The translations under genes were made by a program, and so were the position numbers. The notes beneath the pieces were generated by a model. That model worked only from the letters and a program-made list of their open reading frames with translations. It made no database searches and was not told where the DNA came from. From positions 60,876 to 124,875 of the forward strand of contig CAWGBN010000003.1 in the NCBI GenBank assembly GCA_963820825.1: a stretch of 64,000 nucleotides of DNA. Reading direction: 5' to 3'. This DNA is from Vulcanimicrobiota bacterium (GTDB lineage Bacteria; Vulcanimicrobiota; Vulcanimicrobiia; Vulcanimicrobiales; Vulcanimicrobiaceae). Every line of letters begins with the position of its first letter. The stretch's first letter is position 1. Below, piece after piece: positions 37,510-47,500 of the stretch.

Positions 37510-38960
37510 AGTTTCTTTCGCACCAGCTCATTGACGAGGGCCGGGTCGGCCTTACCTCGCGATGCCTTCATCACCTGACCGACGAGAAAGCCCATCACGC
37601 TCGTCTTGCCCGCTTTGTACTCGGCAACGACGCCGGCATTTGCAGCGAGCACCTCGTTGACGAAGGCCTCGATTGCGGACGGGTCACTCGTCTGCGCGAG
37701 GCCCTCGCGCTCGACGATTGCCGCCGGCGAGCCCGCGCCCTGCCACATCCGCGCGAGCAGCTCTTTGGCGATCTTGGAGTTGATGCGCCGGCCTTCGACG
37801 AGTCCGATGAGTTCGGCGAGATGCTTGGGCAATACGCTGGATTCCGCGACCGCGAGCCCCGTCTCGTTGGCGAGTCGCGAGAGTTCGCCGAGCACGAAGT
37901 TGCTTGACTGTTGGGGATTCTTACTGACGGCGACGACGCGATCGAAGTAGAGTCCCAGCGACGGATTATCGATCAGCTGCGTCGCCGGCTTCGAGCCGAG
38001 CCCGTACTCGCGCGTATAGCGCTCGAACCGCTCATACGGAAGCGCCGGCAGCGCGGCGCGAAGACGCGCGACCTCTTCGCGCGCAACCTCGAGCGGCACG
38101 AGATCGGGATCGGGGAAGTAACGGTAATCGTGCGCCTCTTCCTTGCTGCGCATCGAGTGGGTCACGCCGTTGACCTCGTCCCATCCGCGCGTCTCCTGCA
38201 CGATGCGTCCGCCGGTCGTCAGCAGCTGCGTTTGACGCTCGATCTCGCTCTCGATCGCTCGCTCGACCGATCGAAACGAGTTCATGTTCTTGATCTCGGT
38301 CTTCGTACCGAGTTCGCAAGAGCCGGCCGGCCGAATCGAGACGTTGGCATCGCAGCGCAGCGAGCCTTCTTCCATTTTCACGTCGCTGACCCCAAGAGCG
38401 AGCAGCGTGCGGCGCAGCGACTCCAAATAGGCGACGGCCTCGGCCGCGCTGCGCAGCTCGGGCTCGGAGACGCACTCCATCAACGGCACGCCCGCGCGAT
38501 TGAAGTCGACCAGCGAATAGGCGCTGCCGGCGATGCGCCCGTCGCCCGAACCGGCATGCGTCGATTTGCCGGTATCCTCTTCGAGATGGATGCGGGTTAG
38601 CCGGCACTCCCGAATCGTGCCGTCCTCGAGCCAATACTTGACCGCGCCGCCGACCACCAAGGGCATGTCGTATTGCGAGATCTGATAATCTTTCGGCATG
38701 TCGGGATAGAAGTAGTTCTTCCGGTCGAACTTCGAAAACGCCGGAATCTCCGCACCGAACGCGAGGCCGGCCGTCACGATATGCTCGATCGCCATCGCGT
38801 TGGGAACCGGAAGCGCGCCCGGCATGCCCAAACAGACCGGGCAGACCTTAGTGTTCGGTTCGCCGCCGAACTCGTTGGCACAGCCGCAGAACATCTTCGT
38901 GCGCGTCCGCAGCTCGACGTGACATTCGATGCCGATCACCGCTTCGTAGGAGCCGCTCAC
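37503..38960 (-). CDS. gatB: Asp/Glu-tRNA amidotransferase subunit B
   Basis: IGIECHVEL, RKNYFYPD, HLEEDTGK, DYRYFPDPDL, GQVMKASRGKADP. Confidence 0.97.
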   Translation of the reverse strand: MSGSYEAVIGIECHVELRTRTKMFCGCANEFGGEPNTKVCPVCLGMPGALPVPNAMAIEHIVTAGLAFGAEIPAFSKFDRKNYFYPDMPKDYQISQYDMPLVVGGAVKYWLEDGTIRECRLTRIHLEEDTGKSTHAGSGDGRIAGSAYSLVDFNRAGVPLMECVSEPELRSAAEAVAYLESLRRTLLALGVSDVKMEEGSLRCDANVSIRPAGSCELGTKTEIKNMNSFRSVERAIESEIERQTQLLTTGGRIVQETRGWDEVNGVTHSMRSKEEAHDYRYFPDPDLVPLEVAREEVARLRAALPALPYERFERYTREYGLGSKPATQLIDNPSLGLYFDRVVAVSKNPQQSSNFVLGELSRLANETGLAVAESSVLPKHLAELIGLVEGRRINSKIAKELLARMWQGAGSPAAIVEREGLAQTSDPSAIEAFVNEVLAANAGVVAEYKAGKTSVMGFLVGQVMKASRGKADPALVNELVRKKLC

Positions 38961-40450
38961 GCGCGCACCCCTTCGAGCGCGGGCTTGCGCGCGAGCGCGT
39001 GCTTCGTCGCCCGCTCGTACGCATGCGCCGCTCCGAGCAGCAACTTCTCGGCGAAGAGCGGCGCGGCCAGCTGCAAGCCGATTGGCATCGGAACGCTGCC
39101 GCCGTCCGGCGTATTCCATCCACACGGCACCGAGAGCGCCGGCAGACCGGCGAGCGCCATCGGGATCGTGTAGTAGTCCATCAAGTACATGCTGTACGGA
39201 TCGCTCTTCGAGCCAAACTCGAAGGCCGGACAGCTCGCTGCCGGAGACGCGATCACGTCGCACTGCGCAAAGGCTCGGTCGAAGTCGCGCGCGATGAGCG
39301 TCCGCGCCTTCTGTGCGCGAACGTAATAAGCGTCGTAGTATCCGCTGGAGAGCGCGTACGTCCCGATCAGAATGCGACGCTTGACTTCGGGACCGAACCC
39401 GGCCGCCCGCGTCTTATCGTACATCGTGCGAACGTCGTCGCCTTCGACCCGCAATCCGTATCGTACCCCGTCGAAGCGCGCGAGATTCGACGAGCACTCC
39501 GCCGGAGCGATGAGATAGTAGGTCGCGACGCCGTAATCGGCGGTCGGCAACGAGACCTCTACGAGCTCCGCGCCGAGACGCTCGAGATCGGCGTAGGCGG
39601 CGCGATAGAGCCGATCGAGATCCGCTCCGAGGGCCTTGGTCTCGAACTCGCGGACGATCCCGACGCGCAGGCCTCTCAAATCGTCGCGCATCGCGCCCGC
39701 AGTCGCTTCGAGGGGACGGTCGATCGACGTTGCGTCCATCGGATCGTAACCGCCCATCGCGTCGTAGGCGAGCGCCGCATCCTCGACCGTCCGCGTCAGC
39801 GGACCGATCTGATCGAGGCTCGACGCAAAGGCGATCAATCCGTAGCGCGAGACGCGTCCGTAGGTCGGCTTGAAACCGACGAGATTGCAGAACGCGCCCG
39901 GCTCGCGAATCGAACCGCCGGTATCGCTTCCCAAACCGATCGCCGCCTCGTACGCCGCTACCGCCGCGGCGGAGCCTCCGCTCGACCCGCCGGGAACGCG
40001 CGCCGGATCGTAGGGATTGCGGGTAACGCCGAGCGCCGAGTTCTCGCACGAGCTTCCCATCGCAAACTCGTCGCAGTTCGCTTTGCCGATCGGCACCGCG
40101 CCGGCGGCGAGCATCCGCGCGACCGCGGTCGCCGTATACGGCGCGATCCAGTGCTCCAGAATTTTGCTGCCGCACGTCGTACGCGTCCCGTCGAGGCACA
40201 TGTTGTCCTTCACCGCGATCGGAACGCCCGCGAGTGCGAGCGTCTCACCGTTGCCGATGCGTTCGTCGACCTTCGCCGCCTGGGCGCGAGCGAGGTCGTG
40301 CAGCACGCTCAAGTACGACCCGACGATACCCTCGACGGCGTCGACGCGAGCCAGCGTTGCTTCGGTTATTTCGGTCGCGCTGATCTCTCGCGCGCGCACC
40401 GCTGCCGCGATCTGTGCGCCGCTTCGTTCGATCAACCCTGCTTCGGACAT
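38957..40450 (-). CDS. gatA: Asp/Glu-tRNA amidotransferase subunit A
   Basis: PGGSSGGSAAAV, GSDTGGSIR, SSNLARFDGVRYG, EVKRRILIGT. Confidence 0.97.
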   Translation of the reverse strand: MSEAGLIERSGAQIAAAVRAREISATEITEATLARVDAVEGIVGSYLSVLHDLARAQAAKVDERIGNGETLALAGVPIAVKDNMCLDGTRTTCGSKILEHWIAPYTATAVARMLAAGAVPIGKANCDEFAMGSSCENSALGVTRNPYDPARVPGGSSGGSAAAVAAYEAAIGLGSDTGGSIREPGAFCNLVGFKPTYGRVSRYGLIAFASSLDQIGPLTRTVEDAALAYDAMGGYDPMDATSIDRPLEATAGAMRDDLRGLRVGIVREFETKALGADLDRLYRAAYADLERLGAELVEVSLPTADYGVATYYLIAPAECSSNLARFDGVRYGLRVEGDDVRTMYDKTRAAGFGPEVKRRILIGTYALSSGYYDAYYVRAQKARTLIARDFDRAFAQCDVIASPAASCPAFEFGSKSDPYSMYLMDYYTIPMALAGLPALSVPCGWNTPDGGSVPMPIGLQLAAPLFAEKLLLGAAHAYERATKHALARKPALEGVRA

Positions 40451-40456
40451 CGCGTC

Positions 40457-40747
40457 TTACTCGGCAATGATCCGCGGCACGCGGAAGAAACCGCCTTGGC
40501 GCTGCGGCGCCTGCGATAAAACGGTCTCGCGATCGAGACATGGCCGCAAGGTATCGTCGCGAACGACGTTACGGGATTCGACGACCTGCGCCGTCGCGGG
40601 GACGCTTGCGGTATCGAGATCGGCGAGCGCGTTCACGTGGCCGAGCAGGTCGCCGAGCTGACGACCGAAGACCTCGATCTCCTCGTCGGTCAAAGCGAGT
40701 CGCGCGAGTTGCCCGACGTAGCGGATATCGATACTATCAGCGGTCAA
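40457..40747 (-). CDS. gatC: Asp/Glu-tRNA amidotransferase subunit C
   Basis: LARLAL, NVVRDD, FFRVPRI; directly upstream of gatA. Confidence 0.95.
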   Translation of the reverse strand: MTADSIDIRYVGQLARLALTDEEIEVFGRQLGDLLGHVNALADLDTASVPATAQVVESRNVVRDDTLRPCLDRETVLSQAPQRQGGFFRVPRIIAE

Positions 40748-42091
40748 TCTTCCGAATACTCCAGTCGAACGAGCGTCTCGACGTGCCCCGTCTGGGGAAA
40801 CATGTCAAAGGGTTGAATCGTCGAGAGCCGGTAGCCCTTGGCCACTAAGAACTTGGAATCCCGTGCCAGCGTCGCCGGGTCGCACGAGAGATACCAAAGC
40901 GACGGGACGCGCGCCTCGGCGACCGCGCTCAGCGTCGCTTCGTCGGAGCCCTTACGCGGGGGGTCGAGAAAGAGCACGTCGGTCTGAGCGAGCGCGCGAG
41001 AGAGCGCGCCGGTGCTTGCAAGCCGCTCGACGCGTCCGGTCGTGAAGCGGACCGCGCCTTCCAAGCCATTGCGCCGCGCGTTGGCGGCCGCCTCGGCAAT
41101 CGCCGCCGAACTCTCCTCGATGCCGTGAACGTTCCAGCCGTGCTTGGCAAAGTAGAGCGCGAAGGTGCCGACGCCACAGTAGAGATCGACGATTCGTCGC
41201 CGCGGCGAGAGCCACGGCTCGACAAATTCGAAGATGCGTCGCACCATCTCGACGTTGACTTGAAAGAACGAAGCCGCCGAGAACCGGTAGCGCACGCCGG
41301 CAATCGTCTCTTCGATCTCCGCCGCTCCCGCGAGCGTGCGATGACGATGGCCGAGGATTGCGTTCTCGCTCGAGAGGTCGAACGAGTTCGTCACCCCCGC
41401 TAGACCCGGAACGTCGCGCATCAACGCCGGCACCGCGCGCTCGGCGCGATCGGAGGGTTCCTTCGTCGTGATCGTCAAGATGCTCGCATCGTTCTGGCTC
41501 GTCGCCCGTGCGACGAGATGACGCGTCTCCGAAAAAAGCGCGCTCACCGCATCGTCGCCGCGTAGCTCGTTGAGGCGGTGCAGATCCGCATCGAGCTTCG
41601 GTACCACGATCGGGCAGCCGGCGATCGGAACGACCTGGTGCGAACGCTGCCGGTAGAACCCGAGCAAGGGCGGCGTTTCGCGGTGGTCGACGACGAGCGA
41701 CATCTTATTGCGGTAGCCACGCGGATCCGGCATGCCGATCGTTTCGTCGACCGCGAAGTCGGCGAAGCCGCCGAGCCGGCGGAACGCCTCTCGAACGACC
41801 GTGCGTTTCCACTCCAACTGCGCCGGATAGGCGAGATGTTGCAACTGGCATCCGCCGCACGCCCCGAAGACCGGACAGAACGGCTGTGCGCGCTGCGGCG
41901 ACGCGAGGACGATCTCGATGCAATCGGCGACGGCATAGCGCGGTTTGACCTCGACGACGCGTACGCGGGCGCGCTCTCCGGGGAGCGGACCGAAGCAGAA
42001 GACGACGATGCCGCCGGCGCGGCCGACGCCTTGGCCGTTAGCGAGGAGATCGGTGAACGTAAGCTCGAGTTCGGCGCCCTTGCGGGGCGTC
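40744..42091 (-). CDS. rlmD: 23S rRNA (uracil-5)-methyltransferase RlmD; start not canonical, boundary approximate
   Basis: TRAM domain and CPVFGACGGCQLQH lie in-frame upstream of TTG 41844; SFFQVN, DLYCGVG, DPPRKG, YLSCDPATLARD, DMFPQTGHVE. Confidence 0.92.
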
Positions 42092-42100
42092 TCGTGGTCG

Positions 42101-42352
42101 TTACGCGCTGTTACGCTGCTCGTCGAGTGCCTTGAGCAACGAGTTCGCCTCGTCGATCAGCTCTTGAATTCGCTGCGTCGTCGGATCCTCACGTCGTTCT
42201 CCGCCGGCGAGTCGTAACGATATGTACGCGATCGACGCGCCGAGCGCGGCGATGCCGAGCCCAAGGCCGACCCAAAAGAAGATCGGGACGAGACGCCGGC
42301 CTTGGCCGTCGTCGAAGCGTTCGTGATCGGGTCGCGGGTCCGGGGAGTGCAT
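42101..42352 (-). CDS. Small single-TM hypothetical protein
   Basis: TM helix plus amphipathic tail; leads the rlmD-gatCAB run. Confidence 0.7.
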   Translation of the reverse strand: MHSPDPRPDHERFDDGQGRRLVPIFFWVGLGLGIAALGASIAYISLRLAGGERREDPTTQRIQELIDEANSLLKALDEQRNSA

Positions 42353-42386
42353 GACCCCTCTGTTCGCGCTGGGGGTACGCCTCTCC

Positions 42387-42870
42387 CTATTTCGTGGCGG
42401 GTGGAGTCGCGCTCGTCAAGAGCACGTCGCCGACGTATTGCTGCGTCGACCGATGTCGGATATCCGTCCCCGTAGACCCGAAATAGAGCCAGAGCGTGCG
42501 TCCGCCATACGCTCCCAGATTCCATCTCCCGCGTACCCACGCCGGCGGGTCGTTGACCGATCGGTAGAGGTTGACGACGTTCCCGCGTATGGATGCGCGC
42601 GCAGCACGTATGCAGCGACGCCACCGCATTGCAGCCGGCCGTCGTCGACGCGGCCGCTTGCGAAGCCGCCGTTTGCGATCGCGTTGGACGATGCAGACGT
42701 CGAAACCGTGCTGCGCACGAAGGTGTGCGGCAAGACGAAGTGACCCGCAACGGCGTGGCGGTCCGCACTCGGCGTAGCGTCAGCGGCAACCAGGAGCGCC
42801 GCACTCAACAGCGCAACTAGGGCGCCGATGGGGGCCCCAGCGGCTTTGCCGCTGGGGGCGTGCAGCACGC
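42387..42870 (-). pseudogene. Decayed secreted jelly-roll/CBM-like protein gene
   Basis: Signal-like segment and NAIANGGFASG in one frame; WVRGRWNLGAYGGRTLWLYF..YVGDVLLT in another. Confidence 0.55.
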
Positions 42871-42928
42871 GTAGCGAGCGGCGCGCCTTTCGCAGTACAC
42901 GGGGCCCCCAATCGACGCAGTCGATTGG

Positions 42929-43016
42929 GGAGAGGTGGCAGAGCGGTTGAATGTACTCGCTTGGAAAGCGAGCAGAGGTGATGAGCCTCTCGAGGGTTCG
43001 AATCCCTCCCTCTCCG
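42929..43016 (+). tRNA. tRNA-Ser(GGA), CCA not encoded
   Basis: GGAGAGG/CCTCTCC acceptor stem, CTCGC-TTGGAAA-GCGAG anticodon arm, long variable arm, GGTTCGAATCC. Confidence 0.95.
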
Positions 43017-43073
43017 AAGCTTCGTAGACCCCGAACATTCCTTAACGGTCTGCGCGCAGCGCGCCCGGAGAAA

Positions 43074-43811
43074 TCACCCGCCGGCGACGCGATCGAGATG
43101 TGCGAGCCAGAAGTCGAAGCTCGCGCGCGCCTGCGCCTCGAGCATCGCATCGCCGGGGATAACCTCGCGGCCGAGCCGCTGCCCGAGGGTCGCGCGCGCA
43201 CCGTAGTTCGCGTCCATCACGAGATCGGGAAGACGAAGCGCCAGGCGAAGCTCGTCGGAGAGTTGCGCTTCGGGCGGCAGCGTGCTGACGACAATCTCCG
43301 GCGGATTGCGCTCCGGCCACGGCCGCGCTTCGTAGCGCCGGCAGGTTTCGGCAAGCCGCTCGGCATCGCGTCCCCAGAGAAATGCGTACGCATCGTTATC
43401 GTGCAGCTCGGCTAAAATCGCGCGCGCCGTGGCACCGTACCCGAGAACGCCGACGCGTTTGAGCGCGATGGGCTCGTCGAGAAGCGTCTCGATCGCGGTG
43501 CGCGCGCCGATGCCGTCGGTATTCGTTCCCAGAATCTGCTCGCCGAAGAAGATCGTATTGACCGCATCCGCGCGACGCGCCTCATCGGTGAGGGCGTGGC
43601 ATGCCGAGCACGCTTCTTCTTTGAGCGGATAGGTCACGTTGCAGCCGACGAATCCGTCGCGGCGCAGACGCTGGATCGCTGCGGCGCCATCGCCGCGCGC
43701 GATCCGTACGGCGACGTAACTTCCGTCGATATCCGCCGCCTCGAGAAAGTCCCGGTGCAAGCGCGGGCTCTCGCTATGTTCGACGGGATCGCCGATGAGC
43801 GCGAGCTTCAT
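43074..43811 (-). CDS. aroE: Shikimate dehydrogenase
   Basis: GDPVEHSESPRLH, GCNVTYPLK, AVNT, NTDGIG, MLEAQA. Confidence 0.9.
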   Translation of the reverse strand: MKLALIGDPVEHSESPRLHRDFLEAADIDGSYVAVRIARGDGAAAIQRLRRDGFVGCNVTYPLKEEACSACHALTDEARRADAVNTIFFGEQILGTNTDGIGARTAIETLLDEPIALKRVGVLGYGATARAILAELHDNDAYAFLWGRDAERLAETCRRYEARPWPERNPPEIVVSTLPPEAQLSDELRLALRLPDLVMDANYGARATLGQRLGREVIPGDAMLEAQARASFDFWLAHLDRVAGG

Positions 43812-44305
43812 CGGCGATTTCGCAACATCAAACGCTCGAAGAACCGGAAGACTCGCGTAACGGCGAAGTCTTTCAGCTCGATCGGTTCGGTGAGAATCGT
43901 GTAGAGACCGCAGAGCTTGCCGCCCAGCACGTCGGTAAAGAGCTGATCGCCGACCACCGCGATCTCTCGGCGGCGCAGCTGCAAGCACCGCTTCGCGCGC
44001 AAGAAGCCGAAGGGCAGGGGCTTGAGCGCGTTCGGAAAGCAAGCAACTCCAAGTTGGGCTGCGAGCGAGTTGACCCGCTCCGAGAAGTTATTCGAGAGCA
44101 TCACGATGCGGAAACCCCGCTGGCGGGCTCGCGCCACCCAATCGACGTGCTCGCGCGCCAGCTCCGTTTCGCGAAATCCGATGAGCGTGTTGTCGAGGTC
44201 GACGATGAGGCCTCGAATTCCGGCGGCCTCGAGCTCCTCATGGGGCACGTCGTGAAGGCGCGGGGCGAAACGATCGGGTCCGAGCATCGGCCTCATGGCT
44301 TGCAC
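43808..44305 (-). CDS. yqeG: YqeG family HAD-IIIA phosphatase
   Basis: VDLDNTL, SNN, KP, VGDQLFTDVLGG. Confidence 0.9.
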   Translation of the reverse strand: MQAMRPMLGPDRFAPRLHDVPHEELEAAGIRGLIVDLDNTLIGFRETELAREHVDWVARARQRGFRIVMLSNNFSERVNSLAAQLGVACFPNALKPLPFGFLRAKRCLQLRRREIAVVGDQLFTDVLGGKLCGLYTILTEPIELKDFAVTRVFRFFERLMLRNRR

Positions 44306-44427
44306 CGGTTATCCCCGGTATCCTCGGGACTGTCCACACGCCCTCCACCCGGCTGCTTGTCAAAAGCGGCAACTTCCACCGATTTCACCGGTTGGCCACA
44401 GGCGTTCCACAAGGATTTCAGTTCAGA

Positions 44428-44475
44428 CCCCAATATCTTGTGGTAACCGGCGCGATATGGCACAATAGGTATCCA
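44428..44475 (+). promoter_or_regulatory. NrdR box (strong) with a degenerate second box
   Basis: CCCCAATATCTTGTGG at 44428-44443 fits acaCwAtATaTwGtgt; GCACAATAGGTATCCA starts 32 bp later; upstream of nrdJ. Confidence 0.75.
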
Positions 44476-44536
44476 ATCCAAGCCGGAGAAACTATCGAAT
44501 ACGAACGCGTGTTCGGTACGAGCGAGGAGCCGCATT

Positions 44537-47500
44537 ATGAAGTTTTCGCGCACCTATTCCGCCCCTGGCGATCCCTATGCCGGCGTGACCTTCGAGCCTC
44601 GGAGCTCGCGCATCGTCAATCCCGACGGCTCGGTCATTTTCGAAGCGAAGGAGGTCTTCGTTCCGACCGGCTGGAGCCAGGTCGCCGTCGACGTTCTCGC
44701 TCAGAAATATTGCCGCAAGGCCGGGGTTCCGAAGGCAACCGCCCGGGTCGCGGAAGAGGACGTGCCCGAGTGGCTGCAGCGCTCCGTCGCCGATGGACCC
44801 GCCCTCGACGCGCTTTCCCGCGACGACCAGTTCGGCGCCGAACGCGACTCGCGCCAGGTCTTTAATCGTTTAGCAGGCTGCTGGACCTATTGGGGCTGGA
44901 AGCGCGGCTATTTCGACTCCGAAAAAGACGCGCAGATCTACTACGACGAGATGCGCGCGATGCTCGCGCGCCAGATCGGCGCGCCGAACAGTCCGCAGTG
45001 GTTCAATACCGGTCTGCATTGGGCGTACGGTATCTCTGGCCCGGCGCAAGGCCATTGGTACGTAGAAGCCGCGGACGGCATTGCGAAACCCTCACCGGAT
45101 ACGTTCACTTTTCCCCAAGTCTCGGCGTGTTATATCCTTGGAATTGAAGACGATCTCGTCAATGAAGGCGGCATTTTTGACGGCGTTATTCGCGAAGCGC
45201 GCATCTTCAAGGGTGGCAGCGGAAGCGGCGCGAATTTCTCCAAGCTGCGTGCAGCCGGCGAAAAGCTCACCGGCGGCGGCACGTCGAGCGGACTCATGTC
45301 GTTCCTCAAAGTCTTCGATCGCGCCGCCGGTGCGATCAAATCGGGCGGTACGACGCGCCGCGCGGCAAAGATGGTCGTTCTCAATGCCGATCATCCGGAT
45401 ATCGAAGAGTTCGTCACCTGGAAGGTGCGCGAAGAGCGTAAGGTCGCCGATCTCGTTATCGGATCGCGGGTTTTTGAGAAGCAGCTCAATGCCATTATTT
45501 CCGCAGCGCACGACACGCGCGTTCCGGAGGCAGCCCGCCTCGATCCGGCGTTAAACGCCTCGCTGCGTTACGCGATCCGCGACGCAGTCGCCGCCGGCGT
45601 TCCATCGGGCGCCGCGCAAAGCGCGCTCGACTACGCGCGTCAAGGGTATACGCGCATCGAAGTCGAGCAGTACGACACGGCGTGGGACTCCGAAGCCTAC
45701 ATCACGGTATCGGGACAGAATTCAAATAACTCCGTTCGTCTGACGAATGGCTTCTTTGCGGCACTCGATCGCGACGACGACTGGCTGCTCACCGCGCGTA
45801 CGACGGGCGACGTCGTCAAGCGAATCAAGGCACGTGATCTTTGGGAGCAGATCGGCGTTGCCGCGTGGCAGTCCGCCGATCCCGGGTTGCAGTTCGATGA
45901 CACCATACAAGAGTGGCACACGTGTTCGAACGACGAACGCATCAATGCTACAAACCCCTGCAGCGAATACGTCTTCGTAGATGATACGGCATGTAATCTT
46001 GCTAGCGTCAACCTCGTCAAATTCCTCAACACCGACGGTAACTTCGATGCAAAGCGTTTCGCGGAAGCCGCGCGGATTTGGACGACGACGCTCGAGATCT
46101 CCGTTGCTATGGGACAGATGCCCTCGAAGCGAATCGCCGAAAAGAATCACGGTTACCGGACGCTCGGGCTTGGTTACGCAAACCTCGGGACGCTGCTCAT
46201 GCGCATGGGCCTGCCTTACGATTCCGAGGAGAGCTTCGGATGGTGCGGAGCGATTAACGCTCTGCTTACCGGCATGGCCTATCGTACTTCCGCCGAAATG
46301 GCGCAAAAGCTTGGGGCGTTTGCGCGATTCGAACCGAATCGCGAGCCGATGCTGCGCGTCATTCGCAATCACCGCCGTGCCGCGTACGCCGCGGACCCGA
46401 CCGAGTACGAAGGGTTGACGGTCAAACCGGTAACGCACACGCCGACGCTCTTTACGCAACAGACGTGGGCGCTCGCTCGCAAAGCCTGGGACGACGCACT
46501 CTCGATCGGCGAAGTCGCCGGGTTCCGGAACGCACAAGTCACGGTCACCGCTCCGACCGGCACCATCGGGCTCGTAATGGACTGTGACACGACCGGTATC
46601 GAGCCTGACTTCGCGCTCGTGAAATTCAAGAAGCTCGCCGGCGGCGGCTACTTCAAGATCGTAAATCAATCCGTCGAGGCGGCGCTGCAGAAGCTAGGAT
46701 ACTCACAAGAGCAGATCGATGCAATTGAGACCTATGCGAAGGGTACGGGTACGCTTGAGGAGGCGCCGCACGTTAATCGCGCTACACTGAAGGCGAAGGG
46801 TTTCGACGACGAAGCGATTGCGCGCGTCGAGTCGGCGCTGCCGAGCGCTTTCGAACTGCCGTTTGTCTTCAACAAGTTCGTTCTCGGTGACGACTTCTGC
46901 AAAGAAAAACTCGGACTGACCGAGGAGCAGCTCAACGATTGGAGCTTCTCGCTTTTGCGCGATGGGCTCGGATTCAGCACGCGTCAGATCGAGGAGGCCT
47001 CGGCCCATATCTGCGGTCGAATGACCGTTGAAGGCGCTCCTTACCTCAACGACGAGCATCTTGCCGTTTTTGATTGCGCGACGCCGTGCGGGAAATATGG
47101 AACGCGTTACATCCGCCCACTGGCGCACGTCGACATGATGGCTGCCGCGCAGCCGTGGGTTTCCGGCGCCATTAGTAAGTGCGTGACCGGCGACACGCTG
47201 CTCACCACTGAAAACGGGCTCATCCGGATCGGGTCGCTTCATCGCAGCGAAGCGGACGACGAGTTCAGATCGCACGAAATGGCCGTAGCGTCGTTAGGCG
47301 GAAACCGGTCGACGGACGCCTTCTATTATGGCGGCGAGCGAGACGTTCGCGAGGTTCAGCTTCGCTCGGGGCACCGGATCGTCGGAACGCCAAATCATCG
47401 AGTACTCGTTTGTAGCGACGCCGGTCTTCAATGGCGCTGCCTTTCCGAGATCGAGCCTGGGGAGCACGTGGCGGTTCAATACGGCGACGAAATGTGGTCC

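Noticed and set aside
32149..43016. tRNA-Pro and tRNA-Ser as ends of an integrated element
   Set aside because: The intervening genes are housekeeping; I saw no integrase and no duplicated tRNA 3' end (checked by eye only)
42416..43201. 261-aa minus-strand ORF
   Set aside because: Runs antisense through tRNA-Ser; only a central part belongs to the decayed gene
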